A stretch of 64,000 bases of DNA from Negaprion brevirostris (Eukaryota), in the NCBI GenBank assembly GCA_030324005.1, contig JARDVH010000193.1, forward strand, positions 95,988,751 through 96,052,750. The letters are read 5' to 3'. The position numbers and the translations under genes were made by a program. How positions within the stretch are numbered: the stretch's first letter is position 1; each line of letters opens with the position of its first letter. Under the pieces are notes generated by a model, which was not told the origin of the DNA, did not search any database, and saw nothing but the letters and a program-made list of their open reading frames with translations. Shown one piece after another: positions 12,895 to 25,692 of the stretch.

Positions 12895-13100
12895 ATCCAT
12901 GGGTACAAAAGGAATGTCTTCAAGAACAATAGTTCTCTGGTGCATCCGCCCTGGCAATCAAAGTCAACTTGACAACTGATCAGCACCCTTTCTCTTGTAG
13001 TATAAATTGTTGCTCCCTTTCAAACCTGGCATTCTTCTATCTGTCCTGATGAGTACTGGATGAATAGCTTCAACAGCATATCTTTTTTTCAACAAAACTC
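12895..13100 (+). mobile_element. Putative Penelope-like terminus with a degenerate type I hammerhead
   Basis: ctgtc-CTGATGA-gtactggat-GAAT-agctt-c-aacag at 13041-13076. Confidence 0.5.
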
Positions 13101-14249
13101 TAGCAGAGCTTCAGTGTAAATAAAGAACCAGTGGATCATTTATCCATGTGTAAATCAGATATAAAGAGCCATATTTGGCTTGGCGATATGTATATAAAGA
13201 AGTGTACAAAGAAACATGAAAATGTAATGCTTTATGCAAACAAATTAAAAACAAATTAAGTTATAAGCCCCAAGTAGTTTACAGTAATTTTATTTTAGAA
13301 GCCCTGCTGTTCATTCCTGAAGGGAAGGAGGTACTTGGGTATCTTTAATTGGATGCTGATTGTCCTGACATACTTCACTGAAGTGGCAATCGTTATTTAT
13401 ATAGCTGAATGGTGAGTTAAAGAGTTTCTCACTTGTTGGTCATTTTTGTGGCTTAATTTGTACATCTGGAAATTTGGAAACTGCACAAAAGTGAACTTTT
13501 GAATATTTTTGAGGTTAATTTTATTTATTTATGGAAATCTAAATTTACTAGAGATAGTGATAACTGCCAAGCTCCCACAGGGTTGTTCTGCAATTTCAGC
13601 TTCTATGCTCCGGGCAAAGGGCAGGATGCACATCAGGAAATTACTTTTTCCCAGCTTTGAACTTCCATCCATTAGCTGTAAGAAGCAAAAAAAAAGTTAT
13701 GTTTAAGTGCTGTAAGGTGAGAAAGTAAAGGCAATGGGGGAAGTGGCAGTTGGGTTACTTGAGCATGCAATAAGGATCTACGGGCTCGTTCACAGGAGGA
13801 AGTTAATTATTAGGCCGAATTGGGGAGGTGGAGGTCTGTCACTGATTTGACTTCCGTTCCCATGGTCCCAACCTTTCTGAATTCCAGATACCATAATGCT
13901 TTTTCAGAATTTAACCTGCATTCCCAATCCTTTATAATCCCAGAAGCCCTGAAAACCTTGAACTTGTTGATTGCTCGAGAGATCTCAAGGATCCCTGTCT
14001 CATTGATCTGAGATGCCAGCACTTGCCTGACTATACCTCTGTCTTCAGTGTTTCTGGGATGCTGACAGTCCCTCCCAAGTCCTCAGATCCCATCCAAAAT
14101 TTTGCTAGACCCTGAAACTCCCATCACAGCAATTGTAAGCCCCTGCTCCTCCTTCCCACCTCCACTCCCTTTGTTAATAAATTAAAGCTACAGGAGTAAA
14201 ATCCATCGTTTGTGCATAACTTCTGATTCCCCATGAAAAATAAAGCTGG

Positions 14250-14822
14250 AATTAAGAAAGCTCACCAATGCCTCTACTTTCTCAGAAGACTAAGGAAATT
14301 TGTCATGTCTGCTTCAGCTCTCACCAATTTTTACAGACGCACCATGTAAAGCATCCTTTCCGGATATATCACAGCTTGGTATGGCTCCTACTCTGGCCAA
14401 GACTGCAAGAAATGACAAAAGGTTGTGAACATAGCCCAGTCCATAGAGTAAACCAGCCTCCCATCCATTGACTCCATCTACACTTCCCGCTGCCTCGGAA
14501 AAGCAGCCAGCACAATCAAGGAACCCGCACACCTTGGACATACTCTCTTTCACCCTGTCAGGAAAAATATACAAAAAAATCACATGTCAACGACTCAAGA
14601 GTAGCTTCTTCCCTGCTGCCATCAGACTTTTGAATAGATCTGTATCGTAAGCTGATCTTTATCTACACCCTAGCTATGATTGTAACATGGTATTCTGTAT
14701 TCCCTCTTTCTCCCCTATGTACTCTATAAACATTATGCTTTGTCTCAATAGCTCACAAGAAACAATACTTTTTACTGTATCCCAATACATGTGACAAAAA
14801 TAAATCAAATCATATCAAATGA
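14250..14822 (+). mobile_element. Rex1/Babar-type LINE 3' end
   Basis: Translates KKAHQCLYFLRRLRKF...LTNFYR...SILSGYITAWYG (DUF1891-like C-terminus), then SSFFPAAIRLLN; tail aataaatcaaatc. Confidence 0.85.
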
Positions 14823-15358
14823 AATTGGATATTAGATATCATGTAAGGTATAAACATAATATATTGATTTCACAAATGTTAGAAATAGTTTGAAACAAAT
14901 GTTAGTGCAAATATGAATGATGATTATATACAAATGAAAGAGTGGCAACTGGTACGTGCCTGTCTGTCTATTTGCCACAGTTTCTCTCAACATTTTTTTC
15001 TTGCACTCAGTACAAGAATTGACATGCAGAATCTGATTTGACTATATTGTGACCTGAAGCCTGCATCTTTATACATGTCATACATGAGGTAGCATCTTCA
15101 ATCTGCTACTTGACCCTCTCGTTTGGTGTATATTTCATTGGTGATCAGGTGTGATGTCAAACACGTTCTTTTGAAAGGCTGTCATACTATGGATCACAAC
15201 TTTTAGTGAGATTAATTTGCAGATGAATTAATACATAGAAGGCCGAAAAATATAGCAAGATATTGAATCAGCACAATATCTATAAACCAAAATTGGAATT
15301 AGTCCACAAAGATAACATTTTTTGAGCTTCTTTAAGACAGAGTCTGTTCGAACAAATG

Positions 15359-15473
15359 GGGCGGGATTTTACAGCCTGGCTCAACCTGAGACCGGAAAAT
15401 CCCGCCTGAGGTCAGCGGGCATTCCCATTATCCACCCCTCACCCACTCTGATTTCTCGGTAGAATTCTGGCGC
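15359..15473 (+). mobile_element. Harbinger-like MITE, family 1
   Basis: TIR gggcgggattttac, internal gaaaatcccgcc-gaggtca, decayed right end; homologous to 63774-63895 in the opposite orientation. Confidence 0.7.
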
Positions 15474-15704
15474 TCAAGGAGTTTTCGATGAACCAGGCAA
15501 GTTTGTCCCAAGCAAATCTTCCAGATATAATGGGGGAAGAAATGAACTTGCAGCTGAAGCTCGTGGCCAGTCAATAAAGCAATTGCTTCTCATGCCAGTC
15601 TGTGCCTGCCTGAGGCATTAACGAAGTTAAGTAACAAGCCTGATTTGAATGAAAGGAGATGAGTGGCAAGCAGGCATTCTGCTGAAGTTGTCTAGGATCT
15701 AAAA

Positions 15705-15925
15705 TTGTCTAGAATCCACTCCCTAAGCCTCTCCAACTCTCTACCTTTCTTTCCTTCTTTACGATGCACCTTAAAACAAACCTACATCTGACCAAGCTTT
15801 TGACCATCTATCCTAATATCATTCCATATGTCTTGATGCCCAATTTTGTTTCAAAACACTCCTGCGATGTGCCTTGGAGCACTTTATTATGCTTAATGTG
15901 CTATATATAAATTCAAGTTATTGTA
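15705..15925 (+). mobile_element. L2-like LINE 3' end
   Basis: ctccctaagcctctc...cttaaaac...tgaccaagctttt...gccttgg...gctatatataaattcaagttattgt; homologous to 45575-45780. Confidence 0.65.
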
Positions 15926-16189
15926 AATATTTATGACATCAAGTTGAATTTCTCCCCCATTGTTTAATTCAGACGGTGCCAATTTCATTTTTCTCCAGGG
16001 TTTGGGTATCCTGTCTGAACCAAGGACCTTGGCAGAGCTTCCCCAGGATGAATGGAGCACAGAGTTGTCATTCCCCATTTAAAGNNNNNNNNNNCACATT
16101 AGTGTTTAAGTTCGAAATGCCTGCTAGTGCCTTGACCAAATTTTGTTTACATTTAGAGGAAAGTTCCATTAATTCAACCAATATAGACT

Positions 16190-16280
16190 TGCCCTTTCCT
16201 GTATCACAGCACTGACAACAATTCAAATTATTTAATTGACTGTAAAGCGCTTTGGGATGTCCTGAGATTTTCAAGGTCCA
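16190..16280 (+). mobile_element. Deu-SINE 3' tail fragment
   Basis: attgactgtaaagcgctttgggatgtcctgag; a second copy lies at about 36085-36190. Confidence 0.65.
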
Positions 16281-18616
16281 ATTTTAATTTTTGGAACATT
16301 CCTGGCCAACGTTTTGAAAATCTGTGAACAAAGTCTATTTCCATCTTTAACTCTGGACACTTAAAACTGTGTCAAATTAAATGCAGAAAACTCCTTATTT
16401 ACTATGTCAACCACAAAGTAAACTTAAGAAGCTTGGTGTCTTCTCAAGGGCAATTAGCGATTGGCCATAAATGCCGGGTTGTTCAGTGAAGCTCAGATCC
16501 AATGAACAAATAAAAAAGTCATAAAGAAGCAGCATTCACAGTATCTTGTGCAAAATATCTTTCTAACTGATGTCCAATATTTCATCTTGCAGAGAGCACT
16601 TGGTTGTCATGGTAGAAATGCAAAGAATTTTCATGTCAAAAACTAAACTAATAAAAATGTCCACCATGGAGTTTAAAAATTCAAATATTTTGATAAACAA
16701 GTCCTGCACGGCTCTGTAAAAGGGTATAACATTTTACATTTCTTGACTTAGCAATGTTAAGCTCAACAGTGCGACAGGCCTGTGCAGTCATACACAAATT
16801 AGACGGTGATGGATAAATTTTTAATTTCATACTGAAATATGTTGACTCTGTAGGTCTTTGCTCTTTTTCGTTGCAATAATTAGCAGTCCTGAACAAATCG
16901 ATTTCCAGTCAACATTTTGGCAGAAAGATTTCCTCACTAATGTGCAAGGGCTGTGATCCCATTTAAAATTCATTTGGATTAATAAGCTGTTTTAAGATGT
17001 CTGATTCTTGTTGCGTTTGAACTTTCGGAGTCACGATTATGAATTCAGATCCCTACAAAAAAAAATCATCTAATTTGGTTTGTTAAAAAAGCAACATTAT
17101 AAGTAATCTTCTTGTCAGCTTTTATACCAGACTGGCAGGTCAGCAGCAAATGAAATGGTGAGTAATGGGCCAAGTATTACTGTGCGATTTGTTTTTTTTA
17201 AGTCATAATATTCTTGATTCTGATTGTAGCTTTAGTCATGCTGATGAAATCTGAGTGATAAATGAATAACTGGGCACATTTAAATTTATCAGATTCCCAG
17301 AACAATTTTAATAAGTTTGCCAGTCATTTCTGATAAATTAACTTAAAGATATAATCGTTTGAATTAATATTGGCCAAATGATTGTTCTAAGTTTTAGAAC
17401 TCGTAGCCTAGCAACACTTTCTAGTATTTCAAAGTCACAGCATTTATTTTCTTGCTGATTATGGCAAAGCTTGAAGCTTTCAGCAGGAAAGGAAATCTGT
17501 ACAACATTCAAAAACGTTAAGTGTTGAAGGTTATGTTGTACATTGAAATATTTATTAGCACATTATATTGTCATAAGCTTATATTTATTGTGGATTAAAG
17601 CTTGTAGTTAGCAAAAGATAACATATTGACATTATTAAAATGCATACAGTAAATCACTCACACAGCTAACTGTCAGTGCCTCAAGCCAAAAGGAGAAAAT
17701 TCCATTTTTAAACCCTTTGAGGATGTCACTGGAGCAAAACTTTTGCACCAATATCAGGTTTTCCATTTATTCAGGTGCTTACAAACAAAGGTGTGCTCTT
17801 GGCCATTTTCATTGTGTAGTAAGATCTGGTAACATATTATTTCCAAAAGCTGTGCAGCATCTAGAAAGCTTGAGACAATGCAGCCAATGTAAATTCTCTC
17901 ATTTTGTGTCCTTCTTTGTCAGATCTATGAAATCCAATGAAGCAGTTGTGGCTCCAATATGTATCGTCCTAATGTAACCATCTTCCCCAGTGCTTAGTTT
18001 TAACTGGAACCCATCCAGTGTTACTGCAATGTGCTACTCACCATTATGGGTGCTTGATGTGACCTATAAAATGTGTTAAAGTGTTGACATTGTGTCTTTT
18101 CACTTCCGCAGGCAAGCAGCACAGTAATAAATCAGATATGAATTAAAAAATAGCCTCATCCCAAGCAAGAGAGAGACCAACAGCTATTTACAAGTGACTA
18201 ATATTAGCTGAAACCTGACATAGTTTAGTAATTTTGAAATGCAATAACTCATTGCACCATCTTGAAGCTCACAGCTAAACCAGGAGGCTAAGACAGATGA
18301 TATTGCTGAAGGTTTGGCATCGTTGGAAGATAATTATTGTCAGAAGGAGGAAAACTGTGGAGGAGAGATAAAAACATGCTGGAAGTACACATTTCCTAAC
18401 TGACTATCCAGATTTTAGTCAACTAAAACCACAGTGGTTTCACTCGTGACATCTAAACAACTGCTGTACTCGCTGAAAGTCTCTGCATGTCTAAGACCAT
18501 AAAATGTTCCCTTTGTGGTCAAGGAGAGGAAAAGGTGTGATATATATATTTATTGCTGTATCTATTTATCCCTTTAAGTACTGAATGATTGTAGACGTTT
18601 AGCTGACAATTTTGAC

Positions 18617-19355
18617 TTTAAATGATGCCCAATATTCAAGGGCCATCAAGAGTATAGAAACACAGAGGGACGTAGGTGTGCAAGTCCACAAATCCCTGAA
18701 GGTGGCAGCACAGGTGGAGAAGGTGGTGAAGAAGGCATATAGCATGCTTGCCTTTATAGGACTGGGTATGGAGTATAAAAGCTGGTGTCTGATGTTGCAG
18801 CTGTATGGAATGCCGGTTTGACCACATTTGGAGTACTGCGTCCAGTTCTGGTCGCCGCACTACCAGAAGAATGTGGAGGCTNNNNNNNNNNNNNNNNNNN
18901 NNNNNNNNNNNNNNNNNNNNNNNNNNNNNNNNNNNNNNNNNNNNNNNNNNNNNNNNNNNNNNNNNNNNNNNNNNNNNNNNNNNNNNNNNNNNNNNNNNNN
19001 NAATAGAGGTACAAAATTATGAAGGATATAGATAGGGTGAATAGTGGAAAGCTTTTTCCCAGGTCGGAGGTGACGATAACGAGGGCTCACAGGCTCAAGG
19101 TGAGAGGGGGGAGGTTTAACTCCAATATCAGAGGGACGTTTTTTACGCAGAGGGTGGTGGGGGCTTGCAATGCACTGCCAAGTAGGAGGGTGGAGGTAGA
19201 CACGCTGGCATCGTTTAAGAATTACCTGGATAGTCACATAAGCAGCCTGGGAATGGAGGGATACAAATGAATGGTCTAGTTGGACCAGTGAGCAGCGCAG
19301 ACTTGGCGGGCTGAAGGGCCTGTTTCCTGTGCTGTCCTGTTCTTTGTTCTTTGTA
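18617..19355 (+). mobile_element. CR1 LINE 3' fragment spanning an assembly gap
   Basis: QRDVGVQVHKSLKVAAQVEKVVKKAY, EYCVQFWSPHY, FFTQRVVGACNALP; tail gggctgaagggcctgtttcctgtgctg..ttctttgttctt. Confidence 0.92.
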
Positions 19356-19382
19356 TTAATTCAGCTATCTGTGAATATCAAA

Positions 19383-19900
19383 TAAACATATGAAGCAGGA
19401 GCAAAAGTAGGCTCCTCAAGCCTGCTCTGCTATTTGATAAGAACATGTTTGATTTGTTTGTGTTTCACGTTCTACACTCCCCTTCTACGTCCAATCACTT
19501 GAGATTCCCATGTCAAACAAGAATTTATCTGCTTTAAAACCATTCAATGGCCAAGCCTCCACCGCCTTCTGAGGCAGAGTTCCAAAGTCACACAAACCTA
19601 AGAGCAAAAAAATCCTCCTTATCTCTGTCCTAATAGGGTGACCCCTAATTTTAAAACAGTGCCCCCTAGTTCTGGACTCCCCCACAGGACGAAATATTCT
19701 TTCTCGTCCACCTTATCAAGACCATTCAGGATCTTATGTACTTCAATGAAGTCATCCATTACTATTCTAAACTCCAGTGGAGACAAACCCAGTGTGTTCA
19801 GCCAACCCTCATAAGACAACTGCACATTCCAGGTGTCAATCTAATAAGCCTCTTCTGAACTGCCTTCAGTATATTTGCATCCTTCCTTAAATAAGGAAAT
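19383..19900 (-). mobile_element. CR1 LINE 3' fragment, tail-to-tail with the preceding copy
   Basis: Minus ORFs LSYEGWLNTLGLSPLEFR and GESRTRGHCFKIRG. Confidence 0.85.
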
Positions 19901-22537
19901 GTAACCTGCATAGTCGCTGACTGTGAGGGTCCAATGCAAAATGAGATTTCCTATCTTCCTAGTAAGTGCGAGCCAACAATACAGGAGTTGGTTTTAGAGT
20001 TAATATTAAAGTAACTAAAAAATAAAGTAAACTAATAATCTGACCGAGCGGCGGCAATGGGGATTGGTGTTGGAGGAGGAAATATTTACTCTGGAGCAGT
20101 GTGGATTTATTGAGTATTGGTGAGATCAGCAGAGAGTTAGAATTGCACTGCATATGGATATACAATAACTGACCAAGGGCACACTAACTGCATGCAAAAT
20201 TACCATTTTCTTGTCACGTTACTTCTCCAACATAGTTCAACATTTTGTGCTTTTTAATTACGCATGGTGTTTTCAATTCTGCAGACCACTAAACTGGGCT
20301 GATGCCTGGCTTACTTAGGGAAAGAAAGATTTTAAAAATAACAGATGGTAGGGAGATGAATTACGAAGGCATATGTAATCTCTTGGGGCCACGTGCACCT
20401 TTGTATTGCATTCCCAACCATCTGTTATTCAATATTTTGTACCTTGACAATATTACATGTAAAAGTCTTGTGTTATTACATAGGCCAGAGAGACCAAACA
20501 TCCCAGGTGGTGTCCAAGTGTCTTGTCACTCTCCAAGGGTTTAATCCATTGAGCAGTGATAGATCTATTCAAGTTTCAAAATGCTCGATTCATTTATTTA
20601 ACGTCGGCAAGGATTTTTACACGTAAATTTTCTCAGCCTTTGTTGTAATAAATGTTTCAACATAGTTTGGTGCAGAACCAAACTGCATGAATTTATTCTT
20701 AGAATATTGTGAAGAGATGGAAACATTACAATTTATGACTTGGAGACTGAAATACCACAGCCCTCAAAGGATTTAGAGATTCTCATGACTTCACAGTTGG
20801 TTAAGTGAACTGACAGATAAAACAAATGGCTGTCTCTGATCTGCAGAAGCTTTACACTCGCAAAACGCTGAGCTGTAAAGGGTAAATCAGACAGCAGGCA
20901 TTTGATGCACTACTTTTGGTCCAATAACATAGGACTTAAGAAATTGTGCCTTGTTAAATATTCACCAGAAAGGAAAATAATCGACTATGGCCTTAAAATG
21001 TGTGTCTTCGTTTCAAACGAGATTCCGATAGATGTTTTGCACTAGATTTTGCTCTTCCCTTTTTTTTGTCTGCTTGCTCCACCCCTCATGATTCTACTGT
21101 GTCAATGCAGCTTCCTCCAGCTGAGACCTGCTCAATCCATGTTGCAGATGTTTCTGAGAGGCAGGGTTACCAAATATGGCTGGAGACATTCCTTTAGGCT
21201 TGAGCGCATGACTTTCCATTTCCATATCCAGTATATTTTAGAAGTAATAAATCAAAATGTTATATAAAAATTGACAAAACTCTTCCCTAAAAATGTCCCT
21301 GTGACTGTTCTCAGAGGTTGCTCACACCGCAGTGTCTTAGGAGAATAATATTCGACTTCTGGAGATTCCAGGCGTATCATGGAGAATGATATGAGCTCTT
21401 ACCAGTGAGTTTGAATAATGGTTCTAAAGTACTTACTTCACTTTACCCTTCCTGGACTGCGCTGCCACAAGTATCAACAGAGCCTGAATGGCTTCAACAT
21501 AAAAATGTTGAATCACAAATACCACTTTGCCTTTGGCCTCCTACTACTAGGTTAATGGGTCGCTTTATTTCAGCTGCAAGATGAGCCATATTTAAATTTA
21601 GTGTTTATCTCAAAACTGGACTGTGTTTTTTGAGGAAGCCATTTATAAAAATGGAGGTGTTAGTTTAAGGAGTTTTGTTACAGGCTGCTTAAATGCTTAC
21701 GATTATAAGCTTGATAGCCACTGTTAATGTGTAAATATCTTTAAATTCCTATGTACACAAATGCAGCCCAGCCCAAAGTAAATAGATAGCAGATCCATCC
21801 CATATGACAGATTAGGTGAAATATTCATTGGCATCAGTGCCACTCCGAAGTGCACTACACCAGACTTGCTTTGCTTCCCAGTAGATGGGCAGGCAGTGCT
21901 ACACACCATTGTATACATTGTGTTTATCAGTGATCTGAGCACGCACACTCACACACCCACACCCATGCACAGTGAAAAGAAGCACAAAGCAACAAGGTAG
22001 GCCTTGGAGGACTGGGAACATTGATTGAAGCATCGTTATATTAATGGAATATTTTCTGCTGGTAGGTGCTGGTAAGTTTTTGGAGGCATTTTGGCGCATT
22101 TGCCAGAGAGTGTTTCTGCATTCCGAGGTCGGTTGGCAGAGGAGTAGGTGGCCTGTCCAGCAACAGGTATGGAAGCAGCAGGTGTAGTATACCTGGCTCT
22201 GCAACATGTTAGGAAGANNNNNNNNNNNNNNNNNNNNNNNNNNNNNNNNNNNNNNNNNNNNNNNNNNNNNNNNNNNNNNNNNNNNNNNNNNNNNNNNNNN
22301 NNNNNNNNNNNNNNNNNNNNNNNNNNNNNNNNNNNNNNNNNNNNNNNNNNNNNNNNNNNNNNNNNNNNNNNNNNNNNNNNNNNNNNNNNNNNNNNNNNNN
22401 NNNNNNNNNNNNNNNNNNNNNNNNNNNNNNNNNNNNNNNNNNNNNNNNNNNNNNNNNNNNNNNNNNNNNNNNNNNNNNNNNNNNNNNNNNNNNNNNNNNN
22501 NNNNNNNNNNNNNNNNNNNNNNNNNNNNNNNNNNNNA

Positions 22538-22635
22538 ATCAGGAGATTGAATTCGATGATCAGCCATGATCATAATGACTGATGGAGCAGGAGCAAAGGG
22601 CCGAATGGCCTACTCCCGCTTGTAGTTTCTATGTT
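22538..22635 (+). mobile_element. CR1 3' tail after a gap
   Basis: gatcagccatgatcataatg...gggccgaatggcctactcc..ttctatgt. Confidence 0.75.
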
Positions 22636-22639
22636 GAGG

Positions 22640-23410
22640 TGATTGGAAATCCAAACCTCCCCCCCAGCAAGTAGTAGCATCTTTGTGAGAGAATGTGTGT
22701 GGGGTGACAAGCAAGAAGTCCAAGCTCACAGAATGAGCAGCTTGCTCATCATACGAGATAGCAGGATGAGGGCATCTTGGGAATCAAGAAGGAACACAAG
22801 GCAAGGAGGTATCGTCTTCCTCAATGTTCTTAGCTGTGGACCCTGTCACAGCCAGTTCCATGATGCAGAAAACCATCTCTGCCATACTGCTCAGTTGATG
22901 CAGGTGTCTTGCTCCCCACTGGTTCAGCTTTGGATAACACAATATGTCACTTTGTCCTGCAAGAAAGAGGGAAGAATGCCTGTGTTGTGTTGTACTGTAC
23001 TTGGATGATGTGCCTGCCATAGCTGGAGGTATATGGAGTAGTGGGAGATGGGTGTGGTGCAGACAGCATTGGCACGCATGTGAGACTGAAGTGGCACATC
23101 TGAATGTTAGGTGTGAATCTTGAGTGCCAGGGAGTGCTGATGGGTGAGTGATAGAGGTCTGGTGCATTGAACAGNNNNNNNNNNNNNNNNNNNNNNNNNN
23201 NNNNNATGTGTTCTGAAGATGTATTCAGTCTGGCATTAACCACCCATATGAGATCATTAGAATTCTTGTGGCACTGCTGCCAGGTTCTCAGGTTCAGATA
23301 ATGGGGACTTGACCTTCCCAGCTTTCTGCTCCCATTCCCTTCTGAGGGTGGAGCGCAAAGATTTTCTAGTCCGTGCTCTGGAGCCATGGTAACTCTCCTC
23401 TTGCCCACCT
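22640..23410 (-). pseudogene. Decayed Myb/SANT-like (trihelix) ORF of a PIF/Harbinger transposon
   Basis: Minus-strand RTWQQCHKNSNDL at about 23251-23288 resembles the RTxxQCRKKxNDL helix. It is followed by an intron-like stretch ending ttcttccctctttcttgcag (22957-22976). Confidence 0.45.
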
Positions 23411-23524
23411 ATACCAGCATTGTCTCTGGTGTTGTATCTGTTACTCTGTGTGCCCTGGTGCTATTTTCTTGGGGGACAGGGTGGGAACCTGACATACCAT
23501 ATCCTCGGTCTTGATGATCGACCA

Positions 23525-23745
23525 GAAAGACAAAGCACTGGAAATGCTCAGCAGGTCTGGCAGCGTCCGGGGACAGAAAAATGGAGTCAGTGTTTCAGCT
23601 TGATGACTTTTCATTAGAAATGTTGATTAGTCTGGAATATCAATTCTGGTGTTTCTGTCCACAGATGCTGTCAGATCCATTGAGTATTTACAGCATCTTC
23701 TGTGGCCCTTTCAGATTCCCAACATCCACAGAATATTGCTTTTGA
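23525..23745. mobile_element. Penelope-like inverted terminal repeat with a degenerate hammerhead on the minus strand
   Basis: Arm ctggaaatgctcagcaggtctggcagcgtccggggacagaaa pairs with tttctgtccacagatgctgtcagatccattgagtatttacag. The minus strand reads ctaatga-aaagtcatcaagct-gaaa-cact. Confidence 0.6.
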
Positions 23746-24305
23746 TAATTGGATTTGTGAGTTAGAAGCAAGCAGATTGGGACAAAAGTATGTCTAACTC
23801 AGTGGGCATGAAGGGAACCATGACACCACCTGTCTTATTATGTCAGATGCAGCAGCTCGACACTCATCATTATAATGGAAAATCACGACTTTGTCCACAC
23901 TACAATGTTTGCCAAATCTCACCCACAGATAACAACATACTTTAGAAGTCTAATCACTTTTATGTACAATGTGCTTTTGTAGCAGTTGTCTTTGTTTTTT
24001 TGCTTACATTGAATTATTGAATTAATGATTAAATAGACTTCAGTGGAAAGCAAATAAAATGACCTTTTGCATCACTTTAATCCATGGCCAACATTTTTCT
24101 GCAAGCAGCTGGGTATCAGAATTTAGCAGTGTAATATTAAGTAAATGAATTTAAATATTATAAAATAATTCATGAACTTTTGTTGAGATTACATGTTGTT
24201 TTGGAGGTTAGACAAGTCACAATCCTTGCAGCACTCATTCAAAAAAATCAAAACCCCAAACAAATCATGAACATAAGTTAGTGTTTAGGACTTTAAAAAA
24301 AAAAT

Positions 24306-24333
24306 CACCCTGCATTGTACACCCTGCATTGTA
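24306..24333. repeat. Exact 14-bp tandem duplication (caccctgcattgta x2)
   Basis: Read directly from the sequence. Confidence 0.9.
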
Positions 24334-24516
24334 CACACTCACCCAAGTACCTGCCCAAGTGGATGATTTGTTAAATGTTGGAACAAAAATCAAAGGTTTA
24401 TCTTAAATTTTCGGATACTGAAAGACTGTAGGAGCTAACATAATATGCTACCAATTGGTTTTCCTTTCCAAGGTGGGTGAGCAGTTAGTTTAGCAAACGA
24501 TCATACAAGAAACTTA

Positions 24517-24652
24517 GGCCGGAATCTTATTACCGTTCACGCTGGCAGGATTTTCCCATCCCACTGCAGTGAATGGAGATTAGGCTGTCCGCCAAATTTT
24601 CCAACTTTGTTGCAGCAGGACTGTGGCGTGAGCAGCCAGTAAGAGCGTGCTC
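24517..24652 (+). mobile_element. Harbinger-like MITE, family 2
   Basis: ggccggaatctta...taagagcgtgctc with TTA on both flanks; core ctgcagtgaatggagatt shared with the 32692 and 51612 copies. Confidence 0.7.
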
Positions 24653-25692
24653 TTAATTTGGCCATTTGAAAACATTGAATACATATTTAAGATCAAATGT
24701 CTTGATAGGCTGCAAGTGCACATTGCACTAACACCCATAGAGTAAAGAATGGATAATGTTTCCACCTCTGATGAAAAACTTAAACCAAGAATATTATTAA
24801 CCTGTCTTTTCCATTTAAAGTTGTTAATGGACTTATTTCCAACATTTCATATAGTTTTTGCATTTAACCTCTGCCCATAAATAAAAATAAANNNNNNNNN
24901 NNNNNNNNNNNNNNNNNNNNNNNNNNNNNNNNNNNNNNNNNNNNNNNNNNNNNNNNNNNNNNNNNNNNNNNNNNNNNNNNNNNNNNNNNNNNNNNNNNNN
25001 NNNNNNNNNNNNNNNNNNNNNNNNNNNNNNNNNNNNNNNNNNNNNNNNNNNNNNNNNNNNNNNNNNNNNNNNNNNNNNNNNNNNNNNNNNNNNNNNNNNN
25101 NNNNNNNNNNNNNNNNNNNNNNNNNNNNNNNNNNNNNNNNNNNNNNNNNNNNNNNNNNNNNNNNNNNNNNNNNNNNNNNNNNNNNNNNNNNNNNNNNNNN
25201 NNNNNNNNNNNNNNNNNNNNNNNNNNNNNNNNNNNNNNNNNNNNNNNNNNNNNNNNNNNNNNNNNNNNNNNNNNNNNNNNNNNNNNNNNNNNNNNNNNNN
25301 NNNNNNNNNNNNNNNNNNNNNNNNNNNNNNNNNNNNNNNNNNNNNNNNNNNNNNNNNNNNNNNNNNNNNNNNNNNNNNNNNNNNNNNNNNNNNNNNNNNN
25401 NNNNNNNNNNNNNNNNNNNNNNNNNNNNNNNNNNNNNNNNNNNNNNNNNNNNNNNNNNNNNNNNNNNNNNNNNNNNNNNNNNNNNNNNNNNNNNNNNNNN
25501 NNNNNNNNNNNNNNNNNNNNNNNNNNNNNNNNNNNNNNNNNNNNNNNNNNNNNNNNNNNNNNNNNNNNNNNNNNNNNNNNNNNNNNNNNNNNNNNNNNNN
25601 NNNNNNNNNNNNNNNNNNNNNNNNNNNNNNNNNNNNNNNNNNNNNNNNNNNNNNNNNNNNNNNNNNNNNNNNNNNNNNNNNNNNNNNNNNNN

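Noticed and set aside
18090-18135. Strong splice-acceptor-like tract (tctttttcacttccgcag) as an extra DACH2 exon
   Set aside because: Stop codons follow closely, there is no DACH-like peptide and no clear donor; it cannot be supported without RNA data.
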